DNA from: Chiloscyllium plagiosum
Taxonomy: Eukaryota
Direction: 5' to 3'
NCBI RefSeq assembly: GCF_004010195.1
Contig: NW_025213910.1
Coordinates: forward strand, 1-37,279
DNA length: 37,279 nucleotides
Part shown: positions 22,951 to 34,540 of the stretch, piece after piece
Numbering within the stretch: position 1 is the first letter of the stretch
Layout: every line of letters begins with the position of its first letter
The notes under the pieces: model-generated
Seen by the model: only the letters and a program-made list of their open reading frames with translations
Databases searched by the model: none
What the model was told of the DNA's origin: nothing
Position numbers and translations under genes: made by a program

Positions 22951-23270
22951 TGCACATCCCTGGGCACTGTGGGTAATTTCCCATGGCCAATCCACCCTAA
23001 CCTGCACATCCCTGAACACTGTGGGTAATTTAGCATGGCCAATCCACCCTAACCTGCATATCCCTGAACACTGTGGATAATTTAGCACGGCCAACACGCC
23101 CTGACCTGCACATCCCTGAACACACTGGGTAATCTGGCACGGCCAATCCACTCTAACCTCCCCATCCCTGAACACTGAGGGCAATTACCTATGGCCAATC
23201 TACCCTAACCTACACATCTCTGGGTAAAATGGGTAACCTAGCATGGCCAATCCACCCTAACCTGCACATT

Positions 23271-23601
23271 GGCCGGCACGGTGGCACAGTGGTTAGCACT
23301 GATGCCTCACAGCGCCAGAGACCCCGGTTCGATTCCCGCCTCAGGTGACTGACTGTGTGGAGTTTGCACGTTCTCCCCGTGTCTGCGTGGGTTTCCTCTG
23401 GGTGCTCCGGTTTCCTCCCACAGTCCAAAGATATGCAGGTCAGGGTGAATTGGCCATGCTAAATTGCCCGTAGTGTTAGGTTAAAGGGGTAAATGTAGGG
23501 GTATGGGTGGGTTGCGCTTCGGCGGCTCAGCGTGGACTTGTTGGGCCGAAGGGCCTGTTTCCACACTGTAATGTAATGTAATGTAATCTAATCTAATCTA
23601 A
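23271..23601 (+). mobile_element. Full-length HE1-like SINE inserted antisense into the 52-bp satellite
   Basis: Splits a unit at CACAT/CCCTG; complete head, body and (TGTAA)n(TCTAA)n tail. Confidence 0.94.
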
Positions 23602-25530
23602 TCCCTGAGCACTGTGGTTAATTGAGCATGGCAATCCACCCTCACCTGCCATTCACGAAACACTGTGGGTAATTTCCCATGCCCAATCCAACCTAACCTG
23701 CATATCCCTGAGCACTGTGGGTGATTTAGCATGGCCAATCCAACCTAACCTGCACATCCCTGAGCACTGTGGGTAATTTCCCATGGCCAATCCAACCTAA
23801 CCTGCACATCCCTGAGCACTGTGGGTGATTTAGCATGGCCAATCCAACCTAACCTGCACATCCCTGAGCACTGTGGGTGATTTCACATGGCCAATCCACC
23901 CTAACCTGCATATCCCTGAGCACTGTGGGTGATTTAGCATGGCCAATCCAACCTAACCTGCACATCCCTGAGCACTGTGGGTAATTTCACATGGCCAATC
24001 CAACCTAACCTGCACATCCCTAAGCACTGTGTGTAATTTCCCATGGCCAATCCACCCTAACCTGCACATCCCTGAGCACTGTGGGTAATTTAGCACAGTT
24101 AATCCAGCCTAACCTACACATTCCTGAGCACTGTGGACAATTTCCCATGGCCAATCCAACCTAACCTGCACATCCCTGAACACTGTGGGTAATTTAGCAT
24201 GGCCAATCCACCCTAACCTGCACATGCCTGAACTATTTGGGTAATTTGTCACGGCCAATACACCCTAACCTGCACATCCCTGAGCACTGTGGCTAATTTA
24301 GCATGGCCAATCCACCCTAACCTGCATATCCCTGAACACTGTGGGTAATTTCCCATGGCCAATCCACCCTAACCTGCACATCCCTGAGCACTGTGGGTAA
24401 TTTCACATGGCCAATCCACCCTAACCTGCACATCCCTGAACTCTTTGGGTAATTTCCCATGGCCAATCCTCCCTAATCTGCACATCCCTGAACATTGTGG
24501 GTAATTTCCCATGGCCAATCCACCCTAACCTGCACATCCCTGAACACTGTGGGTAATTTAGCATGGCCAATCAACCCTAACCTTCACATCCCTGGGCACT
24601 GTGGGTAATTTAGCATGGCCATTCCACCTTAATCTGCACATCCCTGGGCACTGTGGGTAATTTCCCATGGCCAATCCACCCTAACCTGCACATCCCTGAA
24701 CACTGTGGGTAATTTGTCACGGCCAATCCACCCTAACCTGCACGTCCCTGAACACTGTGGCTAATTTGTCACGGCCAATCCACCCTAACCTGCACATCCC
24801 TGAACACTTTGGGTAATTTATCACGGCCAATCCTCCCTAATTTGCATATCCCTGAGCACTGTGGGTAATTTCCCATTACCAATCCACCCTAATCTGCACA
24901 TCCCTGAACACTGCGGGTAATTTCGCATGACCAATCCATCCTACCCTGCACATCCCTGAACACTGTGGGTAAATTCCCATGGCCAATCCACCTGAACCTG
25001 CACATCCCTGAGCACTGTGGGTAATTTCCCATGGCCAATCCACCCTAACCTGCACATGCCTGTGCACTCTGGGTAATTTCCCATGGCCAATCCATCCTAC
25101 CCTGCACATCCCTGAACACTGTGGGTAAATTCCCATGGCCAATCCATACGAACCTGCACATCCCTGAACACTTTGGGTAATTTAGCATGGCCAATCCACC
25201 CTCACCTGCCATTCACAAAACATTGTGGGTAATTTAGCACGGCCAATGCGCCCTAACCTGCACATCCCTGAACACACTGGGTAATCTGGCACGGCCAATC
25301 CACTCGAAGCTGCCGATCCCTGAGCACTGTGGGTAATTTCCCATGGCCAATCTACCCTAACCTGCACATCCCTGGGCAGGATGGGTAATTTAGCATGGCC
25401 AATCCACTCTAACCTGCACATACCTGAGCACTATGGGTAATTTAGCATGGCCAATACACCCTAACCTGCACTTCCCTGGGCACTATGGGTAATTTCCCAT
25501 GGCCAATCCACCCTAACCTGCACATCCCTG

Positions 25531-26275
25531 NNNNNNNNNNNNNNNNNNNNNNNNNNNNNNNNNNNNNNNNNNNNNNNNNNNNNNNNNNNNNNNNNNNNNN
25601 NNNNNNNNNNNNNNNNNNNNNNNNNNNNNNNNNNNNNNNNNNNNNNNNNNNNNNNNNNNNNNNNNNNNNNNNNNNNNNNNNNNNNNNNNNNNNNNNNNNN
25701 NNNNNNNNNNNNNNNNNNNNNNNNNNNNNNNNNNNNNNNNNNNNNNNNNNNNNNNNNNNNNNNNNNNNNNNNNNNNNNNNNNNNNNNNNNNNNNNNNNNN
25801 NNNNNNNNNNNNNNNNNNNNNNNNNNNNNNNNNNNNNNNNNNNNNNNNNNNNNNNNNNNNNNNNNNNNNNNNNNNNNNNNNNNNNNNNNNNNNNNNNNNN
25901 NNNNNNNNNNNNNNNNNNNNNNNNNNNNNNNNNNNNNNNNNNNNNNNNNNNNNNNNNNNNNNNNNNNNNNNNNNNNNNNNNNNNNNNNNNNNNNNNNNNN
26001 NNNNNNNNNNNNNNNNNNNNNNNNNNNNNNNNNNNNNNNNNNNNNNNNNNNNNNNNNNNNNNNNNNNNNNNNNNNNNNNNNNNNNNNNNNNNNNNNNNNN
26101 NNNNNNNNNNNNNNNNNNNNNNNNNNNNNNNNNNNNNNNNNNNNNNNNNNNNNNNNNNNNNNNNNNNNNNNNNNNNNNNNNNNNNNNNNNNNNNNNNNNN
26201 NNNNNNNNNNNNNNNNNNNNNNNNNNNNNNNNNNNNNNNNNNNNNNNNNNNNNNNNNNNNNNNNNNNNNNNNNNN
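25531..26275. other. Assembly gap (N run) inside the satellite
   Basis: Run of n. Confidence 1.
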
Positions 26276-29204
26276 GATTTAGCATGGCCCATCCACACTA
26301 ACCTGCACATCCCTGAACACTGTGGGTAATTTAGCACGGCCAATCCACCCTGACCTGCACATCCCTGAGCACTGTGGGTAATTTCCCATGGCCAATCCAC
26401 CCTAACCTGCCATCCCTGAGCACTGTGGGTAATATAGCATGGCCAATCCACCCTAACCTGCACATCTCTGAACACTGTGGGTAATTTAGCACGGCCAATC
26501 CACCCTAACCTGCACATCCCTGAACACGGTGGGTAATTTCCCATGCCCAATCCACCCTACCCAGTACATCCCGGAACACTGTGGTTAATTTAGCACGGCC
26601 AATCCATCATAACCTGCACATCCCTGAACACTCTGGGTGATTTAGCATGGCCAATCCACCCTAACCTGCACATCCCTGAACACTGTGGGTAATTTCCCAT
26701 GGCCAAACCACCCTACCAAGTACAGCCCTGAACACTGGGTAATTTAGCACGGCCAATCCACCCTAACCTACACATCCCTGAACACAGTGGGTAATTTCCC
26801 ATGGCCAATGCACCCTAGCCTGCACATCCCTGAACACTGTGGTAATTTCCCATGGCCAATCCACCCTAACCTGCCATCCCTGAGCACTGTGGGTAATTTA
26901 GCATGCCCAAACCACCCTACCAAGTACATCCCTGAACACTGTGGGTGATTTACCATGGCCAATCCCCCCTAACCTGCCATCCCTGAGCACTGTGGGTAAT
27001 TTAGCATGCCCAAACCACCCTACCAAGTACAGCCCTGAACACTGTGGGTAATTTAGCACGGCCAATCCACCCTAACCTGCACATCCCTGAACACTGTGGG
27101 TAATTTCCCATGCCCAAACCACCCTAACCTGCACATCCCTGAACACTGTGGGTAATTTAGCATGGCCAATCCACACTAACCTGCACATCCCTGAACACTG
27201 TGGGTGATTTAGCATGGCCCATCCACACTAACCTGCACATCCCTGAACACTGTGGGTAATTTCCCATGCCCAAACCACCCTAACCTGCACATTCCTGAAC
27301 ACTGTGGGTAATTTAACAGGGCCAATCCACCCTAACCTGCACATCCCTGAACGCTGTAGGTAATTTGTCACGGCCAATCCACTCTAACCTGCCATCCCTG
27401 AGCACTGTGGGTGATTTAGCATGGCTAATCCACCCTAACCTGCCATTCCTGAACACTCTTTGTAATTTTGCACGGACAATCCACCCTAACCTTCACATCC
27501 CTGAGCACTGTGGGTAATTTCCCATGGCCAATCCACCGGAACCTGCTCATCCCTGAACACTGTGGGTTATTTAGCATGGCCAATCCACCATAACCTGCAC
27601 ATCCCTGAACACTGTGGGTAATTTTCCATGGCCAATCCACCCTACCCTGCATATCCCTGAGCACTGTGGGTAATTTAGAATGGCCAGTCCACCCTGACCT
27701 GCCATTCCCAAAACACGGTGGGTAATTTAGCATGGCCAATCCACCCTAACCTGCACATCCCTGAGCACTGTGGGTAATTTAGCACGGCCAATCCACCCTG
27801 ACCTGCACATCCCTGAACGCTGTGGGTAATTTAGCATGGCCAATCCACCCTGACCTGCACATCCCTGAACGCTGTGGGTAATTTAGCATGGCCAATTCAC
27901 CATAACCTGCACATCCCTGAACACGGTGGGTAATTTCCCACGGCCAATCCACCCTAACCTGCCATCCCTGAACACTGTGGGTAATTTCCCATGGCCAATC
28001 CACCCTAACCTGCACATTCCTGAACACTGTGGGTAATTTAACAGGGCCAATCCACCCTAACCTACACATTCCTGAACACTGTGGGTAATTTCCCATGGCC
28101 AATCCCCCCTAACCTGCCATCCCTGAGCACTGTGGGTAATTTAGCATGGCCAATCCACCCCAACCTGCACATCCCTGAACACTGTGGGTAATTTAGCATG
28201 GCCAATCCACCATAACCTGCACATCCCTGAACACTGTGGGTAGTTTCCCATGGCCAATCCACCCTAACCTACACATTCCTGAACACTGTGGGTAATTTAG
28301 CATGGCCAATCCACCATAACCTGCACATCCCTGAGCACTGTGGGTAATTTCAAATGCCCAATCCACCCTAACCTGCACATCCCTGAACATTGTGGGTAAT
28401 TTTCCGTGGCCAATCCACACTAACCTGCACATCGCTGAACACTTTGGGTAATTTAGCACGGCCAATCCACCGTAACCTGCCATCCCTGAACACTGTGGGT
28501 GATTTACCATGGCCAATCCCCCCTAACCTGCACATCCCTGAACACTGTGGGTAATTTAGCTTGGCCAATCCACCCTAACCTGCACATCCCTGAACACTGT
28601 GGGTAATTTCCCATGGTCAAACCACCCTAACCTGCACATCCCTGAACACTGTGGGTAATTTCCCATGGCCAATCCACCCTAACCTGCACATCCCTGGGCA
28701 CTATGGGACAATTTCCCATGGCCAATCCACCCTAACCTGCACATCCCTGAACACTGTGGGTAATGTCCCATGGCCCATCCACCCTAACCTGCACATTCCT
28801 GAACACTGTGGGTAATTTCCCATGGCCAATCTACCCTAACCTACACATCCCTGAGCACTGTGGGTAATTTCCCATGCCCAATCCACCCGAAGCTGCACAT
28901 CCCTGGACACTATGGGACAATTTCCCATGCCCAATCCACCCGAACCTGCACATCCCTGGACACTATGGGACAATTTCCCATGGCCAATCCACCCTAACCT
29001 GCACATCTCTGGGGACTATGGGTAAATTAGCATGGCCAATCCACCCTAACCTGCACATCTCTGGGGACTATGGGTAAATTAGCACGGCCAATCCACCCTA
29101 ACCTACACATCTCTGAACACTGTGGGTAATTTAGCACGGTCAATCCATCCTAATGTGCATATCCCTGGGCACTATGGTTAATTTAGCATTGTCAATCCCC
29201 CCAA

Positions 29205-29302
29205 TGTGCATGTCTTTGGACTATGGGAGGAAACCCATGCAGACACGGGGAGTATGTGCAAACTCCACACAGACTGTCGCCCAAGGCCGGAATCGAACCC
29301 GA
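29205..29302 (-). mobile_element. HE1-like SINE head remnant (B box and V domain) contiguous with the left 52-bp array
   Basis: Minus strand reads CGGGTTCGATTCCGGCCTTGGGCGACAGTCTGTGTGGAGTTTGCAC...CCAAAGACATGCAC; the A box is missing. Confidence 0.87.
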
Positions 29303-30219
29303 AGGGGAATACTGAGAGACCGTTCAGGAATGTGATGTAACCGTGCAAGTGCGCCAAGGAGTCTGAAACCCAACTGGGTTTCTCATTGGAAAATGGGGCA
29401 GGAGCAGCATAGCTATGTCAATGGAAGTGGACACCCTCGCCAGGCTGGCTGTGATCGGGGAACACCACAGGATTGGAGGCGCCCTCACTCAGGCCATTAT
29501 CCTGGACAGAGGGACGCTCGGTCAGCCCACAGCAACACCCCGAAACACAGGCAAGCCTCCAACAAAAGGTTAAAACTCCCCCGCGGATCCGAGCCGGTGT
29601 CGTTGCAGCCGATATGTGTACTCAACACAGAAAAGGAGACCTCTAAGGCCTGACTGATGGAAGAGGGCTCCTAGGCTGGGAGAGAGCTCACCTCCAGCGG
29701 GCCTGGAACTGCTACATCACTCAATGACATCCAGCTCAGAACCAACCAAAATAACCGCCTGCTTCAGTGGCCACTGGGTTTGAGTGGCGTGGAACCAATC
29801 CTTACCGTCCCTTACATTTGAGCTGGAGTGGGAACCTATAACCGGGGAACCGTTACAGATTAAGGGTGTGACTTCAGTCTCGGTCTTCTCTCTGAAGCAA
29901 TTGGTTCAGTTCCTATTTGACAGCAGTGAACGGTTCGAGCCTGATGGGGGAGGAATGGGTTGGGAAAGATTGGCTCAGCGTTTCTCTCTGGGAAAATGGC
30001 CGCCTTTTGGGCGAAGGATTACCCGGGAGATCTTCAGCAAAGGCTGGGGACCGTCCGACGTGGACCAGGAAGCAATTCCGTGATTGCGGAAGGCCCGGCC
30101 GGTTCTGATGGGCAGCGCTGATTGTGGAGCCCGCTGGGGGGGCTCAGTTCGCCCTCAGTCTGGGATTTTAATACAACAGTAACCAGCTTCTCGCAGCTGA
30201 ATAAATACCCCGATCGCTC

Positions 30220-30252
<33 letters not shown>

Positions 30253-31873
30253 TTATCCACAAATGTGGCAACAAAGCTGGACGTGAGCCAGCCCTGGCTG
30301 TGACTGGCTGAGGGATCCCAGGAACACCATCTCCAAGACTGCGCCCTTTTCCAGTGGGCCGTGAAAAACGTTCCATAAGGGCTTTGCGATGACCCACTAA
30401 TAACGGGCAAGACCAGCTTAAACATTTCTCCTGGGTGGGCATAGACGGGGTGTGCCACCTACACCCCAACGTGACCTTCTTGGCTTATAGAGTCCACAAG
30501 GCCCCTTGGACGATAACGTGAGGGCGGTCAAAGGAACATCCCCCCCCCCCGCCCCCGGCTCCCAAGTGTGTACCGGAGCTCACGCCTGTCCTTAGGTTGG
30601 CATAGTTACCATGGAACCTTCACGGGTAACCTGGTCTCCATCCTGGCACCATTCCACCGGTTATTGAGAAAGGGTCAGCCTCGGCAATGGTCCCAATGCC
30701 AAAGTGAGAACCAGCAGCTCTGCTCACCCTAAGTGCTGGCTCACGGTAATCCCAGGCGAGAGGTGGTGCTGACCCGCGATGCCTCCCCGGTGGTGGACGG
30801 GCAGGAATGCCGGAGAGCCCACGCTTCCCGGATTTTGCCTGGTGCCAAAGGAAGACAGGAAGGAGGGGTGAGTGGTCACCTTTAGTGTGAGTAGGCCCTA
30901 CCTATAGCTTCACGGACAGGAATCTGTCGCCATGCTAGACCACAATCCCCTGCTCGGACTACCCAAAGATCACCAGGGCTTCAAGTTGAACTCGGCAGTG
31001 GGCTGTGACCCTGAGTGCGTGCAGTGGCAAAGTTGGAACGGCTTGGAGATGCGTTGAGCTTTAAACTTTCTGGTCACCCTTCCTGCCAACCCCTAACAAA
31101 TTCCGACAGTGGACATGAATAGATCTGATCCTGACGGAACTAAACCAGCTGGTGGCGATGGATGGAAGGAGGGGGAAACGGAGGGGCCCTCGCAACCAGG
31201 CTCGAAAACTTCCTGGACCCACCCAGACCAGGTGCCAGCACAAGATGGCATTTTTGTCACGGGGAACCGGCAGGCCACCACGGGCTTCCGAAATGGAGAG
31301 GTTGGCGCGGAGCTCTGTCTGCTGGCCAGGATTGGATGCTGTGGCACGGCCGTGTTGGGGCAGTGCCCAGATGGCCAACAAGGAGGAATGGGCGGGTGAG
31401 CTCTGCACTCGGCTACACGTCGCCTCAATGTCCCCTTTGTCAGCGTGGGCGCCCACTCGCAGTGGCTGGATCCGGACAGAGTTCAGTTGTCCAACCCCCA
31501 TGGACCACGACAGCAAACTGTCGTTCGCAACACCGGGATTTTCGGAAGCGCCGGTCACCGATAACGGGATTCAGGACGGTCAGATAAACCGGAATTTATC
31601 TCCCAAATCTGCCACGGTCTGTCAGAAAGGACAGTCCAAACGCCGAAGGCAGGGACAGCCTCTGGCTTCCCTCGATGCCAACCCTTTCCCGTTCCTGACA
31701 GGCCGACTCCTCACGCAGCTACAGGGATATCTCCAGCAGATCCGGGATCGGGAGAAAGCTCTGCACCAGGTTCTCGCTGATCTGCTCAGACTTGAGGGTT
31801 GGTGGGGTGGAGAACAGCATCAGGAACACCACCACCAGAGACACAAGACTCCTCGAAATGAGAGGAGCACGAA
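29303..31873 (+). mobile_element. Decayed Ty3/Gypsy gag-pol (gag end, post-protease region, RT, RNase H, integrase); no LTRs seen
   Basis: Collinear frameshifted remnants: TGEPLQIKG, DQEAIP*LRKARPV, WAALIV, GSVR, KLDVSQ, CDDPLITGK (YLDD-like), LVSILAPFHRLLRKG, VLTRDASP, HASRIL, LARSSVCWPGLDA, TRLHV and FATPGFSEAPVTDNG. Confidence 0.87.
30224..30251. repeat. (AG)n microsatellite inside the Gypsy RT
   Basis: Seen directly. Confidence 0.95.
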
Positions 31874-32015
31874 GGGCGGCACGGTAGCTCAGTGGTTAGC
31901 ACTGCTGCCTCACAGCATTAGGGACCTGGGTTCGATTCCAGCCTCGACTGACTGTCTGTGTGGAGTTTGCACATTCTCCCTGTGAGTGTGTGGGTTTCCT
32001 CCCACAGTCCAAAGA
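31874..32015 (+). mobile_element. HE1-like SINE head (A box, B box, V domain) running directly into the right 52-bp array
   Basis: GGCACGGTAGCTCAGTGGTTAGC...GGTTCGATTCC...CCCACAGTCCAAAGACGTGCAGG. Confidence 0.92.
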
Positions 32016-34015
32016 CGTGCAGGTTAGGGTGGATTGGCCGTGGGAAAATACCCACAGTGTTCAGTGTTGTGCAGGTCAGGATAGATTGAACATGCTAAAT
32101 TACCCACAGTGCCCAGGGATGTGTAGGTTAGGGTGGATTGGCCATGGGAAATTACCCACAGTGGTCAGGGATGTGTAGGTGAGGGTGGATTGGCCATGCT
32201 GAATGGCCCAAAGTGTTCAGGGTTGTGCAGGTTAGGGTGTATTGGCCGTGTTAAATTACCCACAGTGTTCAGGGATGTGCAGGTTAGGGTGGATTGGCCA
32301 TGGGAAATTACCCACAGTGTTCAGGGATGTGCAGGTTAGGGTGTATTGGCCATGGGAAATTACCCACAGTGTTCAGGGATGTGCAGGTTATGCTGGGTTG
32401 GCCATGTTAAATTACCCACAGTGTTCAGGGATGTGCAGGTTAGGGTGGATTGGCCATGCTAAATTACCCACAGTGTTCAGGGATGTGCAGGTTAGGGTGG
32501 ATGGGCCATGCTAAATTAGCCACATTGTTCAGGGATGTGCAGGTTAGGGTGGATTGGCCATGGGAAATTACCCACAGTGCTCAGGGATGTGCAGGTTAGG
32601 GTGGATTGACCATGCTATATTACCCACAGTGTACTGGGATGTGCAGGTTAGGGTGGATGGGCCATGAGAAATTCCCCACAGTGTTCTGGGATGTGCAGGT
32701 TAAGGTAGATTGGCCATGGGAAACTACCCACAGAGCTCTGGGATGTGCAGGTTAGGGTGGATTGGCCGTGCTGAATTACCCTCAATGTTCAGGGTTTTGC
32801 AGGTTTGGGTAGATTGGCCGTGGGAAATTATCCACGGTGTTCCGGGATGTCCAGGTAAGGATGGATTGGCCATGCTAAGTTACCCAGAGTGTTCAGGGAT
32901 GTGCAGGTTAGGGTGGATTGGCTGTGCTAAATTACCCACAGTGCTCAGGAATGTGCAGGTTAGAGTGGATTGGCCATTTGAAATTACCCACAGTGCTCAG
33001 GAATGTGCAGGTCAGGGTGGATTGGCCATGGGAAATTACCAACAGTGTCCAGGGATGTGCAGGTTAGGGTGGATTGGCCATGGGAAATTACCCGCAGTGT
33101 CCAGGGATGTGTAGGTTAGGGTTGATTGGCCATGCTAAATTACCCACAGTGTCCAGGGATGTGTGGGTTAGGGTGGATTGGCCATGGGAAATTACCCACA
33201 GTGCTCAGGGATGTGCAGGTTAGGGTGGATTGGCCATGGGAAATTACCCACAGTGCTCAGGGATGTGCAGGTTAGGGTGGATTGGCCATGCTAAATTACC
33301 CACAGTGTCCAGGGATGTGTGGGTTAGGGTAGATTTGCCATGGGAAACTACCCACAGTGCTCAGGGATGTGCAGGTTAGGGTGGATTGGCCATGGGAAAT
33401 TACCCACAGTGTCCAGCGATGTGCAGGTTAGGGTGGATTGGCAATGAGAAATTACCCACAGTGCTCAGGGATGTGCGGGTTAGTGTTGCTTGGCCATGCT
33501 AAATTACACACAGTGTTCTGGGATGTGCAGGTTAGGGTGGACTGGCAATGAGAAATTACCCACAGTGTTCAGGGATGTGGTGTTTAGGGTGGAATGGCCA
33601 TGCTAAATTACCCAAAGTGTTCAGGGATGTGCAGGTTAGGGCGGATTGGCCATGGGAAATTACACACAGTGTTCAGGGATGTGCAGGTTAGGGTGGATTG
33701 GCCATGGGAAATTACCCACAGTGCCCAGGGATGTGCAAGTTAGGGTGGATTGGCCATGGGAAATTACCCACAGTGTTCAGGGATGTGCAGGTTAGGGTGG
33801 ATTGGCCATGCTTAATTACCCACAGTGTTCAGGGATGTGCAGGTTAGGGTGGATTGGCCATGAGAAATTACCCACAGTGCCCTGGGATGTGCAAGTTAGG
33901 GTGGATTGGCCATGGGAAATTACCCACAGTGTTCAGGGATGTGCAGGTTAGGGTGGATTGGCCATGCTTAATTACCCACAGTGTTCAGGGATATGCTGGT
34001 TAGGGTGTATTGGCC
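32014..34015 (+). repeat. 52-bp SINE-derived satellite, ~38-39 units, in SINE-sense orientation
   Basis: Unit GATGTGCAGGTTAGGGTGGATTGGCCATGGGAAATTACCCACAGTGTTCAGG. Confidence 0.96.
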
Positions 34016-34526
34016 TAATCCACCCTAACCTGCCATCCCAGAACTCTCTGGGTTATTTTGCACGGACAATCCACCCTAACCATCACATCCCTGAACACTG
34101 TGGGTAATTTCCCATGGCCAATCCACCCTAACCTGCACATCCCTGAAGTAATTTCCCATGGCCAATCCACCCTAACCTGCACATCCCTGAACTCTTTGTG
34201 TAATTTATCACGGCCAATCCTCCCAAATTTGCATATCCCTGAACAATGTGGGTAATTTTCCATGGCCAATCCACCCTACCCTGCATATTCCTGAGCATTG
34301 TGGGTAATTTAGAATGGCCAGTCCACCCAGACGTGCCATTCCGAAAACACGGTGGGTAATTAAGCATGGCCAATCCACCCTAACCTGCACATCCCTGGGC
34401 ACTGTGGGTAATTTCCCATGGCCAATCCACCCTAACCTGCACATCCCTGAACACTGTGGGTAATTTCCCATGGCCAATCCACCCTAACCTGCACATCCCT
34501 GAACTCTGTGGGTAATTTCCCATGGC
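34016..34526 (-). repeat. 52-bp satellite, inverted block of ~10 units
   Basis: Orientation flips at TATTGGCC/TAATCCACCC with no spacer. Confidence 0.94.
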
Positions 34527-34540
34527 TTCCCATGACTTTT

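Larger units (their letters stand above)
22951..29210 (-). repeat. 52-bp SINE-derived satellite, roughly 100 sequenced units plus a gap
   Basis: Unit CCTAACCTGCACATCCCTGAACACTGTGGGTAATTTCCCATGGCCAATCCAC, with a TTAGCATGG variant and a 2-bp-deleted CTGCCATCC variant. It matches the SINE segment just 3' of the V domain. Confidence 0.96.

Noticed and set aside
31152..31985. 277-aa ORF as a domesticated integrase gene
   Set aside because: It is a patchwork of in-frame and out-of-frame Gypsy integrase remnants with the zinc-finger and DDE motifs degraded, and it runs on into SINE sequence.
22951..34526. RAG recombination signal sequences (CACAGTG in almost every 52-mer)
   Set aside because: There is no ACAAAAACC-like nonamer at 12 or 23 bp and no V, D or J segments; the heptamer is just part of the monomer.
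22951..34526. Interstitial telomere
   Set aside because: There is only one TTAGGG per 52 bp and no tandem (TTAGGG)n.
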